DNA of 64,000 nucleotides. Origin: Lytechinus pictus. Its lineage: Eukaryota. Shown here piece by piece: positions 47,701-62,700 of the stretch (its first letter is position 1; the number at the start of each line of letters is the position of its first letter). The translations under genes were made by a program, and so were the position numbers. The DNA is taken from contig NC_087252.1 of NCBI RefSeq assembly GCF_037042905.1, forward strand, positions 17,920,001 to 17,984,000, given 5' to 3'. The notes under the pieces were generated by a model. It made no database searches. It was given only the letters and a program-made list of their open reading frames with translations, and had not been told where the DNA came from.

Positions 47701-50700
47701 ATCAAAATCCAGAAAAGTTGTCAGATCTGACAACTTTTCAGATGAAAATGCTGATGAAAGGCTCCCTTGGTGTATTATTATTATAAATCATCATCATCTT
47801 CATCATCATCACTATCATCATCATCATCATCACCTTCATCATCATAAATTTTCATCATCATCATCTTCATCATCATAAATCTTCATCATCTTCATCATCA
47901 GCATCGTCATCATCATCGTCATCATCATCTTCATCATCATCATTATCATCAACATTGACATCGTCAACATCATCTTCATCATTAACATCATCATCATCAT
48001 CGTCATCATTGTGATCATCAACTTCATCATCATAATTATCATCGTCATCAACATCATTGTCATCATCTTAATCATCATCATCATCATATTAAGAATGAAC
48101 ATTATGAAAAACATGATCCACTGCAAAGGATTGCTCTTCAAATGCCTGTGATACATGTATAAAATACAAGGGTAGAGTCCCAAGTATACCTATCTGTGTG
48201 AGGTCCACGTGTTCTTCAATAGTATTGACTCATTTGTAATCATTTTGGTGATTCCATGGAATTATTTCCCTGGTATCGCATCACGATTTGCTCCACTTTC
48301 TCCAAAGCCTTCACAAAGGAATAGGAGATTTCTAGACAGTACTGTACAGAACTTGAATAGATTTTCTCTATAACCAAAATCAATCTGTTAAAGGGGAAGT
48401 TCACACTGACAAAAATGTTATTGTAAAAATAGCTGAAAAAATAATAAAAGAATCTTGCCAAAGGTTTGAGAAAAATGTGTCAAAGAATAAAAAAGTTGTA
48501 AGAATTTCAATTATTTGAATTTGTACTATAAATACTACAGAGAATAAATTGACCTACATGTATAATTATATTTGTATAGAGAGACTAAAATGATTTGAGA
48601 GGAAAAGTAATTATTTTGCTACTTGTAGGGACAGTGATTTTCCGTTTAAAAAAATTGCCTTTTCAGTTTAAGAAAATCTCAAATTCCGTTTCAGCATGTC
48701 AGAAAACGGAAATTCCGTTTCCCCATAGACTTTGTACACACGGAAAAGTGACAATTCCGTTTACACATAGAATATCAAAATCACAACACGTACACTCGCA
48801 CTGGTCAAAATTTGTATCTGCTACTGTACCAACAACACAATAGAATCCGTTCTAATCGGATCTATGCGGGTGCATAAAATATTTTTACAAACCCATTTAG
48901 CATGCATACATCCTCACCTTTCACATTATTAGCATTATTTCACGGTGAAATGATATTTCATCGATAATTTTGGGGTTTTTTGGACATCGTTATCATCAGT
49001 CAACGGCTTTTGCCAATCCGCCATCTTGGATTTTAAGACCACGATATCGTGCTGTTACATCTTCAAACGTAGAGGGCAGCAACACACGACCGTGTAGTTG
49101 AACGATATGTGTGCATGTGAAGCCCAACCCGGCTGGCGCCGGGTACGGGTGCGGGGTACAATCGAGTGTGCTGATGTCGAGTGCAGTCACGATGTGTGAA
49201 TTGTCATGATAGTAGCGAAGTGAGATCGTGTTTTCTGGGGTTTTGTGGCCATTTAATATTCTCATTTTGTTGTGATTTTGGAGTAATTTCTGTTGCTATT
49301 CTGTGTATTTGAGGGAAAATACGTTTTCCGTGATTTTCCGTTTCAAAAGGCCCTTTCCGTGAATTCCGTACGTTTTCCGCGATCGTGGAAAATCACTGTC
49401 CCTATACTTGGTAACATAATCATAGCGGTATAAAATGAATTGAGTAGAAAGCATGTTATCATTCAAGTGGGTCTGTATAATACTAGACTACACTAGCATT
49501 ATGGGTCAGGAAACTGGCCAGGTTTGAGTAGTTGATTCGAGATGGCGCTATTGGTTCGTATCTGTTCTAACCCTATCTTGGCTGGGGTATTTTGGGAGTT
49601 CATATGGCAGGGGGGGGGGCCTCCCAGGCCCCCCCTTGAGATCTCGGCCATCGACCACGCGATCGCGCCGAAAATTGGCACGCAGGTTGTCTGGGATATA
49701 ATCTACAAAATTGTATTGTAATTTATTTCATGCGAATTGTTATTAAGTAATTATGCTAATTTATGCGTAATTAGTATGCGAAATCATACTTTTTCCTCCA
49801 ACTCCATAAATAAAGATCCAAATGTTCTAATTTTTGGCATAGAAACTCTTTGTGGTATTCTTAGCAAGTTTACATGAAAAAAATTGTGAAATCAGATCAA
49901 TTTCTTATGTATTATATTGTTTTTTGCAATTTCTTATGTATTTCTTTGTTTTTTGGACCCTTTGTTTTTCATTGTTTTTCCAATGATATTCTTTGGGGAC
50001 TCTTCTAAGATCATAAACAGCATAAAATACATACATTTAGACCAGCAAAACTAAAACTAATCATACATATATGGTTTTTGGTTGAAAACACAATTTACAT
50101 TGACTTTGTACACGAAATCACGTTTTTGAGCAATTTTTGGTCCGACATGCACTTACATGACTTTGCGTAATTTCGGAACCGCGTACCCGGGTGACGCATA
50201 ATTGGTCTCAAAAGTTGCGCAAGACTTGAAAGTAAAAAGTCAGCGAGCAGCACAGTCAAAAAAATTTGCGCGGCAAAAATATCGCGTGACTCGTTGAGGG
50301 GGGCCTCCGAGGCCCCCCCCCCCCCCCGGCCTAGATAGGGTTAAAGTAGCTTTGTTGTTCCCAGATTTATGTTGTATGGTCTTTGTGTATTACAGCTCAT
50401 TCCATCCTCCATGGGAGCCGATCTCTCAAGCCAAGGAAGCAGATTGGGAGTAGCTTCAACAGATCTCGTCAGTTTATGGGAGTCAGTTACGATAGCGACC
50501 AGGTTTACCCACCAGATGGCGATAGCAGTCAGGTACAGAGGGATTTTTTTTTATTTTGGGGGCTTCTTTCAATAATAATATAGGATTTATATAGCGCACG
50601 TATCCACCGTGCTAGTTGCTCAAGGCGCTCCTACATGTTTATTACCCCGGCTAAGCTAGTCTACCGATTCAGGTGCGCACAAATTTTTGAGGAATTACTT

Positions 50701-53700
50701 CCTGCCGGTACCCATTTACCTCACCTGGGTTGAGTGCAGCACATTGTGGATAAATTTCTTGCTGAAGGAAAACATGCCATGGCTTGGATTCGAACCCACG
50801 TCCTTCAGATTGAAAGATGAGTCTTAACCACTAGATCATGACGCCCCCACTTTTTACAACTTACTGTCTGCAGCATTGGATAATGATAATTATAGTTACA
50901 TTTATAAAGCGCTGCATAATTTGGTTTCTAAGCGCTTTTCATTGTAATTATTATTACCCGGTCACAGTATCCATCTCCCGGGGGGGGGGGGGGGGGGCAC
51001 TTACATTGATGAGTGGATACCATGCGCGACCAAAAAAACACGTAAAAAGGATGTCTTTTTCAAGATAGGGCACGTTACGTACGTAACGTAATAAGGGTGT
51101 CAAAAACACTAAAATAATGAAAAAAGGGTATCTATTTTCGCTAGGAAAGCTACGTGTTTAGGGTCAAATTTTCGAAGGTGTAAACAATTAAGACTAAAAT
51201 GTTTCATAAAGGGTGTACTTTTTGCCCCAAGAGTCAACACTACGTGTTAAGAGTACGATTTTGCGCGAGATGTGGGAGGTGGGGCTGTACTAATCCCAAT
51301 CAGGTAAAAGGTAAAACCGACGACAGTGACCTAACAATAAAAATATTTGTTGTACTTGTTTAGGGGGTCAATTCAGGGAATACTTGCCAAGAGTATCGTT
51401 TTGTTTCCAATACTTGTTAACCCTAAAATGGCCGGGGGGGGGGTTGAATCAACCCCCCCCTCTACATTTTCTGCGATCATTTCGCCGCACGAAATTTTTT
51501 GACCGCGCCACTCGCAGAGTTTATACTTTTAAGTCTTGCGCATCTTTTGAGACAAAATTTACGACGCCCGGGTACGCGGTTCCGAAATTACGCAACATTT
51601 TGTAAGTGCATGTCAGACCAAAAATTGTTCCAAAACGTGATTTTGTGTACAAAGTCAATTCAAATTGAGTTTTCTCATCTTATTCATAAAGATATGATTA
51701 TTTTTACTTTAAACAGCTGAAAGCAATTGATTTTAGCATAATTATGCTTCAAAAAGGTTGTGCAATAAATCTGGTGAAAAAAACAAAGAAAAACAAAAGG
51801 TTGAAAAACAAAGAAATACATAAGAAATTCATAAAACAATAAAATACATAAGAAATTGATTTCCAAACCGAAGTTTTTTTCAATTGCCATTGTTAAGAAT
51901 GCTACAAAGAATATTTTTACCAAAAATTAGCATTCTAGGAGCTTTATTTAGTGAATTAGAGCAAAAAGTATGATTTATGCATTAATTAGCATAATTAATT
52001 CATATAAAATAAAATCTCATTATTTTGGAAAATTTTACCATACAGCCTTGTAGATTACATCGCACACTACCAGCGTGCAAATTTTTGCGGTGCTCGCGCG
52101 ATTGACGGCCGAGATCTCAGGGGGGGGTTGAATCAACCCCTCCCCGGCCACAGAACAGCCAAAAAAGCCCGGCCTAGTTAGGGTTAAGGGGTGCATTTTC
52201 AGAATATGGAAAATACGTGTTTAGGGTGCTTTTCGAGACCCCACGGTCGCTCATGGTATCCACTCGTCAATGGAAGTGCCCCCCCCCCCCCCCAAGCCAT
52301 CTCTCTTTCACACATAAAGTGCACCATCTCCACTCCCCAAGGGAGTATCCTTGCCAGGCAATTGTTTGTCGATACACACATGCCAATCAAATCACATTGA
52401 TGTTCACGTCACACCGGGTACTCATTTAACACCTGGGTGGAGAGGGACATACACGGACAAGTGCCTTGCCGAAGGACATTAGCGCCAGGTGGGATTCAAA
52501 CCCTCGACCCTTGGTTGAAGAGTCCCAAGTGACCGAACCACTACACCATGGCACCTTTGACATTGCATCGGATGAGTTTCCAGGGCTCCTTCTGAGCGTT
52601 TCGGGACCAAAATCAGCTCAAACTTAAAATGAAGCCGGACCTAGGATAAATCTTTCTAGGTGTAGGTGTCTCTTTAAATGCTTCTCGGTACTTTTTCCGT
52701 AAAGGTCAAGTCCACCCCCCAAAAAATGTTGATTTGAATAAATAGAGAAAATCAAACTAGCATAACGCTGACAATTTCATCAAAATCGGATGTAAAATAA
52801 GAAAGTTATGACAGTGTAAAGTTTTGCTTATTTTTCACAAAACAGTGATATGCACAACTCAGTTACATGCAAATGAGATGGTCGAAGATGTCTCTCACTC
52901 GCTATTGCTTTTGTTTTCTATCGTTTGGATTACCGGTATACAATATTTCATTTTTTACAGATTTTATGATAATGACCAACTTGACTGAACCATATTGTAT
53001 TAAACAATGCAACTCCACATGTTCATAGAGGAATTAATCATTGTTTCACTGGACAATGAGGAGAAAATTACTTCATTCCATATTTCATATGATAAAATAC
53101 AAAAGAAATAGTGAGTGGATGATGTCAACAGTCTCCTCATTTGCATACCTACCAGAATATGCATAAGCGAAACTTTAAAATGTCATAACTTTCTTATTTT
53201 ACATCCAATTTTGATGAAATTTTCAGCATTATGCTAGTTTGGTTTTTCTCTATTTATTCAAATCAACATTTTTCTGCTCAATATTTTTATTTTTAATGTC
53301 ACCCCCTCCAAAGCAGAAAAATATGTCCGTGTTCCCTATGTTCTTTGTTTAGGTACGAAGGCAGCAGAGAGCAGTTGAGCCATTTGTTTGCCGGACCACA
53401 TCAAGTTCAGGGAAGAAAGATGCAAGTATGCAGGTAAGCTTCCAAAACACCGCATTCGCAGGGCACCCATTTGACCCCCAAAATATGCCTGAATTATTAT
53501 TATCATTTGTTTCGTGCCACCTGTGCCTGGGAGTTGAAAAGCTAACTGAATCACTATTGCCCACAGATCTCTCCTCCCAATACATAATTGATGGGGGGTG
53601 GTGCAGGCGGACCACTACACCGAGGTTCCCCCAAACTCTTATATGAACATTGCAGCAGGTTCTGAACGTGCACGGGTGGTGACTCTTCTCAACAAGGGGC

Positions 53701-56700
53701 CTCCATTTAACATCCTATCCGAGGGATAGAGTGTATTCCACTTTCATTCAACACATCTTTTATACTACATGATCTGATAATACTTGTCCCTGGGGGTGTT
53801 TCACAAAGATTTAAGTATGACCTAGAGTCGCACTTAAATGCCTACTTGCGCACGGTATAAAAGCCATGACCGCATTGGTCAGATCATGCAAAGAGGACAC
53901 GCACTACTGCGTATTGATCAATTACATTGCGCGTTGCATTTCAGATACGCGTCGGTATTTAAGTGCGATTTAAGTCGTACTGAAATCTTTGTGAAACACC
54001 CCCCATGTAACATATCTTTGATATCATAGGCTCTCATATTACATCTTAGATATTATAATTTTTTTTCCTGTAACATATCTTTGATATCATAGGCTCTCAT
54101 ATTACATCCTTGATATTATAATTTTTTTCCTGTAACATATCTTTGATATCATAGGCTCTCATATTACATCTTAGATATTATAATTTTTTTCCTGTAACAT
54201 ATCTTTGATATCATAGGCTCTCATATTACATCCTTGATATTATAATTTTTTTCCTGTAACATATCTTTGATATCATAGGCTCTCATATTACATCCTTGAT
54301 ATTATAATTTTTTTCCTGTAACATATCTTTGATATCATAGGCTCTCATATTACATCCTTGATATTATAATTTTTTTCCTGTAACATATCTTTGATATCAT
54401 AGGCTCTCATATTACATCCTTGATATTATAATTTTTTTCCTGTAACATATCTTTGATATCATAGGCTCTCATATTACATCCTTGATATTTTTTTCCTGTA
54501 ACATATCTTTGATATCATAGGCTCTCATATTACATCCTTGATATTATAATTTTTTTCCTGTAACATATCTTTGATATCATAGGCTCTCATATTACATCCT
54601 TGATATTATAATTTTTTTCCTGTAACATATCTTTGATATCATAGGCTCTCATATTACATCCTTGATATTATAATTTTTTTCCTGTAACATATCTTTGATA
54701 TCATAGGCTCTCATATTACATCCTTGATATTATAATTTTTTTCCTGTAACATATCTTTGATATCATAGGCTCTCATATTACATCCTTGATATTATAATTT
54801 TTTTCCTGTAACATATCTTTGATATCATAGGCTCTCATATTACATCCTTGATATTATAATTTTTTTCCTGTAACATATCTTTGATATCATAGGCTCTCAT
54901 ATTACATCCTTGATATTATAATTTTTTTCCTGTAACATATCTTTGATATCATAGGCTCTCATATTACATCTTAGATATTATAATTTTTTTCCTGTAACAT
55001 ATCTTTGATATCATAGGCTCTCATATTACATCTTAGATATTATAATTTTTTTCCTGTAACATATCTTTGATATCATAGGCTCTCATATTACATCTTAGAT
55101 ATTATAATTTTTTTCCTGTAACATATCTTTGATATCATAGGCTCTCATATTACATCTTAGATATTATAATTTTTTTCCTGTAACATATCTTTGATATCAT
55201 AGGCTCTCATATTACATCCTTGATATTATAATTTTTTTCCTGTAACATATCTTTGATATCATAGGCTCTCATATTACATCCTTGATATTATAATTTTTTT
55301 CCTGTAACATATCTTTGATATCATAGGCTCTCATATTACATCCTTGATATTATAATTTTTTTCCTGTAACATATCTTTGATATCATAGGCTCTCATATTA
55401 CATCCTTGATATTATAATTTTTTTCCTGTAACATATCTTTGATATCATAGGCTCTCATATTACATCCTTGATATTATAATTTTTTTCCTGTAACATATCT
55501 TTGATATCATAGGCTCTCATATTACATCCTTGATATTATAATTTTTTTCCTGTAACATATCTTTGATATCATAGGCTCTCATATTACATCCTTGATATTA
55601 TAATTTTTTTCCTGTAACATATCTTTGATATCATAGGCTCTCATATTACATCCTTGATATTATAATTTTTTTCCTGTAACATATCTTTGATATCATAGGC
55701 TCTCATATTACATCCTTGATATTATAATTTTTTTCCTGTAACATATCTTTGATATCATAGGCTCTCATATTACATCCTTGATATTATAATTTTTTTCCTG
55801 TAACATATCTTTGATATCATAGGCTCTCATATTACATCCTTGATATTATAATTTTTTTCCTGTAACATATCTTTGATATCATAGGCTCTCATATTACATC
55901 CTTGATATTATAATTTTTTTCCTGTAACATATCTTTGATATCATAGGCTCTCATATTACATCCTTGATATTATAATTTTTTTCCTGTAACATATCTTTGA
56001 TATCATAGGCTCTCATATTACATCCTTGATATTATAATTTTTTTCCTGTAACATATCTTTGATATCATAGGCTCTCATATTACATCCTTGATATTATAAT
56101 TTTTTTCCTGTAACATATCTTTGATATCATAGGCTCTCATATTACATCCTTGATATTATAATTTTTTTCCTGTAACATATCTTTGATATCATAGGCTCTC
56201 ATATTACATCCTTGATATTATAATTTTTTTCCTGTAACATATCTTTGATATCATAGGCTCTCATATTACATCCTTGATATTATAATTTTTTTCCTGTAAC
56301 ATATCTTTGATCTCATAGGCTCTCATATTACATCCTTGATATTATAATTTTTTTCCTGTAACATATCTTTGATATCATAGGCTCTCATATTACATCCTTG
56401 ATATTATAATTTTTTTCCTGTAACATATCTTTGATATCATAGGCTCTCATATTACATCCTTGATATTATAATTTTTTTCCTGTAACATATCTTTGATATC
56501 ATAGGCTCTCATATTACATCCTTGATATTATAATTTTTTTCCTGTAACATATCTTTGATATCATAGGCTCTCATATTACATCCTTGATATTATAATTTTT
56601 TTCCTGTAACATATCTTTGATATCATAGGCTCTCATATTACATCCTTGATATTATAATTTCTTTCCTGTAACATATCTTTGATATCATAGGCTCTCATAT

Positions 56701-59700
56701 TACATCCTTGATATTATAATTTCTTTCCTGTAACATATCTTTGATATCATAGGCTCTCATATTACATCCTTGATATTATAATTTTTTTCCTGTAACATAT
56801 CTTTGATATCATAGGCTCTCATATTACATCCTTGATATTATAATTTTTTTCCTGTAACATATCTTTGATATCATAGGCTCTCATATTACATCCTTGATAT
56901 TATAATTTTTTTCCTGTAACATATCTTTGATATCATAGGCTCTCATATTACATCCTTGATATTATAATTTTTTTCCTGTAACATATCTTTGATATCATAG
57001 GCTCTCATATTACATCCTTGATATTATAATTTTTTTCCTGTAACATATCTTTGATATCATAGGCTCTCATATTACATCCTTGATATTATAATTTTTTTCC
57101 TGTAACATATCTTTGATCTCACAGTTCCCTGATGATGAGCTTTCCGTGCTGAGAGAGGAAAACGATGCTCTTAGAAAAGAGAACAGTGAGTTACGCAAGA
57201 AGGTGGATAGATTGGTGGAAACCATTGCACTCAACGACGGTGAGTCAGTTCATATTCCTGGTGGGTGTTTCATGAAGCTGTTCGTAAGTCAAGAGCGACT
57301 CTAAGAACGACTGGTGATCCTTTCTTACTCGCTAAACCACCGCCAATGAACATTTAATGGTGAATATCGATTACCACAAGAAAGGATTACCAGTCGTTCT
57401 TAAAGTCACTCTTAACACTAAAAGGACTGGAGGGCCATGATGGCCGCCCCCCCCCCTCGACACTTCGCACAATATGTCCCACGCCCCCCCCCCCCCAGTT
57501 CTCAATACATCTCAAATAGCCCAGTCCTTTAAGGGTAACTAATGAACAGCTTTTAGAAAAGGCCCCCTGGCAGGTGTTTCTTCATAAAGCCTTTTGTACA
57601 ATAGTTACAAGCAACTTTACGTATAACCAGTGATCCTTTCTTGTGACTAATGATACACACCAAATTTTTATTGATGTTGATACAGAACCAAAGAAAGGAT
57701 CACCAGTTGTTCGTAAAATGGCTCATAAGTTATGAACAGCTTTATAAAACGCCTGCCTGATACAGTAAGACCTGTGTATAAAGACCAGCCACGTGTGAAG
57801 ACAGAAAATCGGTCTTTGTGAACAGATGGTCTTTATGGCCAAGTTCTTGTAATACATGTTTCAGTGTGGAATACTGTTGAAGGGGAAACCAAACTTAGTG
57901 GCCCGTATACTAAAGTCAGGTTTAACCTAGACCATGGTCTAACTCTGTGCTGAAATTATGGGAAGCCAAAAGTGTCACAATTTTTATTACATTGTATTTT
58001 TCTTATGTTTACCGTGCTCTTTCCTGATTCATCGATGGTGAAGAAAATCATCTATTTATACTTCCTAGACAATTGTGGATGATTTTAGAGCCAAATTAAC
58101 TGAAGTATGATATCTCTACTGTTAGTGATTTATGTATCAATTGGCTCTCCATACTTAAACCACAACTTTAAACCTGAGTTTAAGTTAAACCCGACTTCAG
58201 AATACGAGCCATTGTGTTAATAGACAGATGGTCCCTCTATGCAGGTGCTTGCTAAAGCAGGTTTTGCTGTATCAGACAATATCATTTACATTTTTTGCAC
58301 ATGAAGCATGGTTGGCAACCCTCTCGAGTTTAATGTAAGGCTTCCAAAAAGTGGCCCCCAAGTCCCACTCTTATGATCACCATATCCTCTCGTAAAAATG
58401 AAGGAGAGGAATCTTTTCTCTTTAATATAACAAAAAGCATGTAAAAATGCATTTTTATTTCTGTAAAGTTTTCTCTTTTTTTTAACAGTGGAACTGTTGT
58501 TCTTCTTAATACACATGTTAACTACTGCAAAATAGGCTCAGCTTGCATGAAAGAGCATCTAGTGACCTGGCCACAAAGGTCGAGCACTCTGTGCTCGGCG
58601 CACATAATTTGATGTCACTTGAAATTCCTCTGAAATTCTAGTTTTCAAAAGTTGGCTCATCTCTGATGAAGCCAAAATATTTTTTATTCAATTTGAAGTT
58701 TAAAACAACAATGTGCAGCACTGTCCCATAATGTATCAAAGTTCAACTCAATCTGAAATATATTTATTTAGTACTGAATTGTAGTTTTCGGTCCCTTCAA
58801 ATCGAGTCTTTTTATTTCCACACATTGATTTAAAGCTACTGTATTTGGAGTGTAATATACAACAAAATTAAGGGCAGTTATGTGATTAAAGAAGCTACCG
58901 GGTCATCAAATTTTCCAGGAAAATAGGAGAAAATAACCCAAGGCCAAATTACCCATGAAGATATAGTAAGCTCCCAAAATTAATCACAGAAAACAATGAC
59001 ATACATGTACACGTACAAGACCTTATAATGGGCTCTTTTGGTTACTTCTTTGTTTCATGACCTATTCTATTCCACAGCTCTTCCAAATTTACTTGCAACT
59101 CTACGAGGGGCACCCACGGCGGGGGGTACCTCCCAAAACCTCAGCACCTCCACTGAAAACAACCTGCCGGAAGAGGGCGCTGTACCGTCCACCTCCGCAT
59201 CTCCACAGGGCCTCACAATCTCACGCTGCCAAAGCCTTGCCAACGACGACCCTTCCTCCAACCCTCCTCCCTCTTCCACCCAAAACGTCGTGATACCGGT
59301 ATCGGACATGGGCGTGGCTCTAGGACAGGTGGTGACCACGCCCTCCGCATCATCGCATGCTGTAACGTTACCGCACGCTGTAACGTTACCGCACATACCG
59401 CTGTCGCAGGTCTCCTTGCCACAACTTGCTGCAGCTATGGATCAAGATCTGCTACCACATCAATCGCAACAACAGGTGATTCTTTGCTTCCATGGCACTT
59501 GCTCCGCTATAAATTCCACACACTAATTGAATAGCTAACTTCAACCCTGGATTTAACACTATGCTCTATCTTAAACCTATCCCTAAACGTCATGGAAAAC
59601 CCTATTCTAACCTTAACCCAAACCCTACATCTTCAACAAAATAAATTCCGGAGCTATTGACATAGGAGCAAGTGTTGTGTTGCCTAATCTTTAACTTCTT

Positions 59701-62700
59701 TGGGCAATGTTGCTCACAACGTGGGTCAAAGTGGGTCTTGTATAGTCTTCATCCGATGAGACAGATACCCTACCCTACCCTATCAAAGTCTGTATCCAAT
59801 TTGCAATATACCACGGGAAACCTGGATGGTGTGTTCATGAGTTTTTACAGACATGCACCAAGAAGATATAATTATTTTACATCTGGGACCGACTTCTAAC
59901 GTCACCACCCAAAGGCAGGAACCGTGACCACTGCATCGAATCACAGCTTGCCCCATTTAGCTTGGATTGCAGGTGCACAACGCCCAACTAATGGTGTTTT
60001 ATCGAGCTTATTGTGAGATACAACCAACAGATGTCATGTCCTTGGACCTGAAATCAGATTCTCAATCTCAGTGATGATGATTCATCAGCTAAAGTTGACA
60101 TCCAACCTTTGAAGATTAAAATTCTTCTTGTTGAATAACAAACAGCCGAACCCAAACTTTCTTATAATTTGTCAAAGTTTGATGAGGGAAATAGGAAATT
60201 CACTCCAATTTTATTCGCACGGAAAACATTTCAGTTGGAATAATTCACCAGTCATGTATAAAATACATGAAACAATCACCTGGTTTCATCACCCAATTAT
60301 TGTATTTAAAAAAATACCCCCCCCCCCTTTTTTTATAATTATTGCAGATGATCTTGGTATGATGTTGATAATTTTAGTAGCGAGTGAAAATCGAAAAAAT
60401 AGAATAAGAAAAGATTATGATACATATTACACTTAGTAGAGATCTTAGTGTAGTTCCATTGGACAAATGTTCACTTTCTCTTTACAGGTGAATATTCCAC
60501 GAGCACCTGTTCTTCCCGTCCTTGCACCAAGTATTCAAATGGGTTTAACAGGTCAGCCACCGATGGTCCCGCCTGGTGCACCTTCACAGCTTGCAATGAT
60601 ACAGCAGAGTCTACCCAACCCGGTACCACAGTCCACCCCTCAGACGGTGCTCCAGCATGTCTCCCACATGGCTGGCGGCAACCTGGTGCCGGTTAGGATA
60701 CGGGATCGGGGGAAGCTCTTAGTGCGACCTGGAGGCAAACAGACAGAGGATTCGGTAAGTTTTCAACTAGCTTTTGACATCAAAGAAATCAGAGATCTTT
60801 TGACCATTTAACATTTCTATTTGATATAATGGTAAAAGTACTAATAAATTTCTGCTCTTATGTAGTTGCAGAAGGCCTTGGTTACCAATGATTTGACTCT
60901 AAAAAAAATCTGAGCTGTAAGGTCCCATTTGTCACAGGGCTGTGTCTGTGATAGGTTGTAAAAATGAAGCCCGAAAAAAGAATTGCTTAAAAAAGTATCC
61001 TCAAAAGGTGAAAAAATAAAGCAATGCTGCAATAAAGACACTCCAGGTGAAAATAAAATAATGTGTTTTCAGTCACAGGTATCTGTAATGTGATTGGACG
61101 GATTTGATATCTTCTTCCTGTGTTTTGTTTTTGTTTGTTTTTTCATCCAATTAAAAAATGTTAAATACAACACATCAGAGTTCAGGGCTCCATAGCACAA
61201 AGGATTTGCAATCAATCACTAAATACCAATGACCAATCAAGATCATTGTTGCATGAGCACTCTTGTTTAAAATACTGACCGGGAACCAATATCAGTGCGG
61301 TTCTCTCATATTTGCAATCCATCGCTAACCTTTGTGTTACGGAGCCCTGAACTTTTTTTTTAAAGAAATAAGAGCGATAGGTGGTATTCTGATAATTAAT
61401 CCTAGGTTTAACCCTAGTCTAAAGTAAAGATTAAACTGCACTTCTATGGAATGCGGGGCTTTATATAATATTTTTTTATTTTCGTATTGTTCCCATTTGA
61501 CAACTCAATTAATTTTTTGACAACTTCTTGCATCAGGATGAGAATTTTTGATTGGTGAATGAGTTGATATCTGGCAATCCATATTCCATAAATTATGGCT
61601 ATTAGAATACCACTCAACGTGTTTATTTCTTTAACATTTTCAGGTTGAGATCAGTCTAAGCAACAACGTGAAGGTCGACAAGAGACTCCTCGACCGATGC
61701 AACCATACCAACTTCCGTAAACTGACCTCTGACCTGCTGATGTGTCTCTTCCCGCGGAAGGTCCTAAGTAGATCCACTCTGGGTGGGACCAGTAACACCA
61801 TCTCCAGGACAACAGGACTTCCCACAAACAAGACTAGATTAGACCCAGAGAAAGTTGAAGCAATACTTGGTAAGTACTTGATAGGATTCTGTTGGATACA
61901 CATTTTTCACCCCTCCCGAGTACGTATGAACTACCCACGAACAAGACCTATTTAGACCCAGAGAATGTTGAAGCAATATCTGATAAATCCTTGATGGGAT
62001 TTTGTTGGGTACACATTTTTCACCCTTCCCGAGTACGTATGAACTACCCACGAACAAGACCTATTTAGACCCAGAGAATGTTGAAGCAATATCTAATAAA
62101 TCCTTGATGGGATTTTGTTGGGTACACATTTTTCACCCCTCTGGAGTACTTATGAACTTTCCATGAACAAGACCTATTTATACCCAGAGAAAGTTGAAGC
62201 AATATCTGATAAATCCTTGACGGGATTTTGTTGGGGGCACATTTTCACCCCTCTGGAGTACTTGCATGTGTGAACTACCCACGAACAAGACCTATTTAGA
62301 CCCAGAGAAAGTTGAAGCAATATCTGATAAATCATTGATGGAATTTTGTTGTGTACACATTTTTCACCCCTCTTGAGTACTTATGAACTACCCACAAACA
62401 AGACCTATTTAGACCCAGAGAAAGTTGAAGCAATTCTTGATGGGATTATGTTGGAGGCACATTTTTCACCCCTCCGGAGTAGTTATGAACAACCCACGAA
62501 CAAGACCTATTCAGACCCAGAGAAAGTTGAAGCAATACTTTGCTTAGTCCTTGATGGGATTCTGTTGGGTACACATGTTACATCCCTGGAGAGCAGTTCC
62601 TTTCAGACTACCTATCAACAAGACCTGTTTTCAGGGACTTCCGTTAATGGTAAACTTGTCATGCAATTGGCTACAGGGTCTTGTCCCTGCAATTGTGAAA

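Noticed and set aside
47570..48183. Poly-His and poly-Met ORFs
   Set aside because: Translation of the (CAT)n microsatellite.
53340..53730. Extra BEN-gene exon
   Set aside because: Exons 3 and 4 already join in phase, and this segment resembles a minus-strand DeuSINE-like fragment.
54006..57124. CRISPR array
   Set aside because: Units are contiguous and near-identical, with no unique spacers and no cas genes, in a eukaryotic intron.
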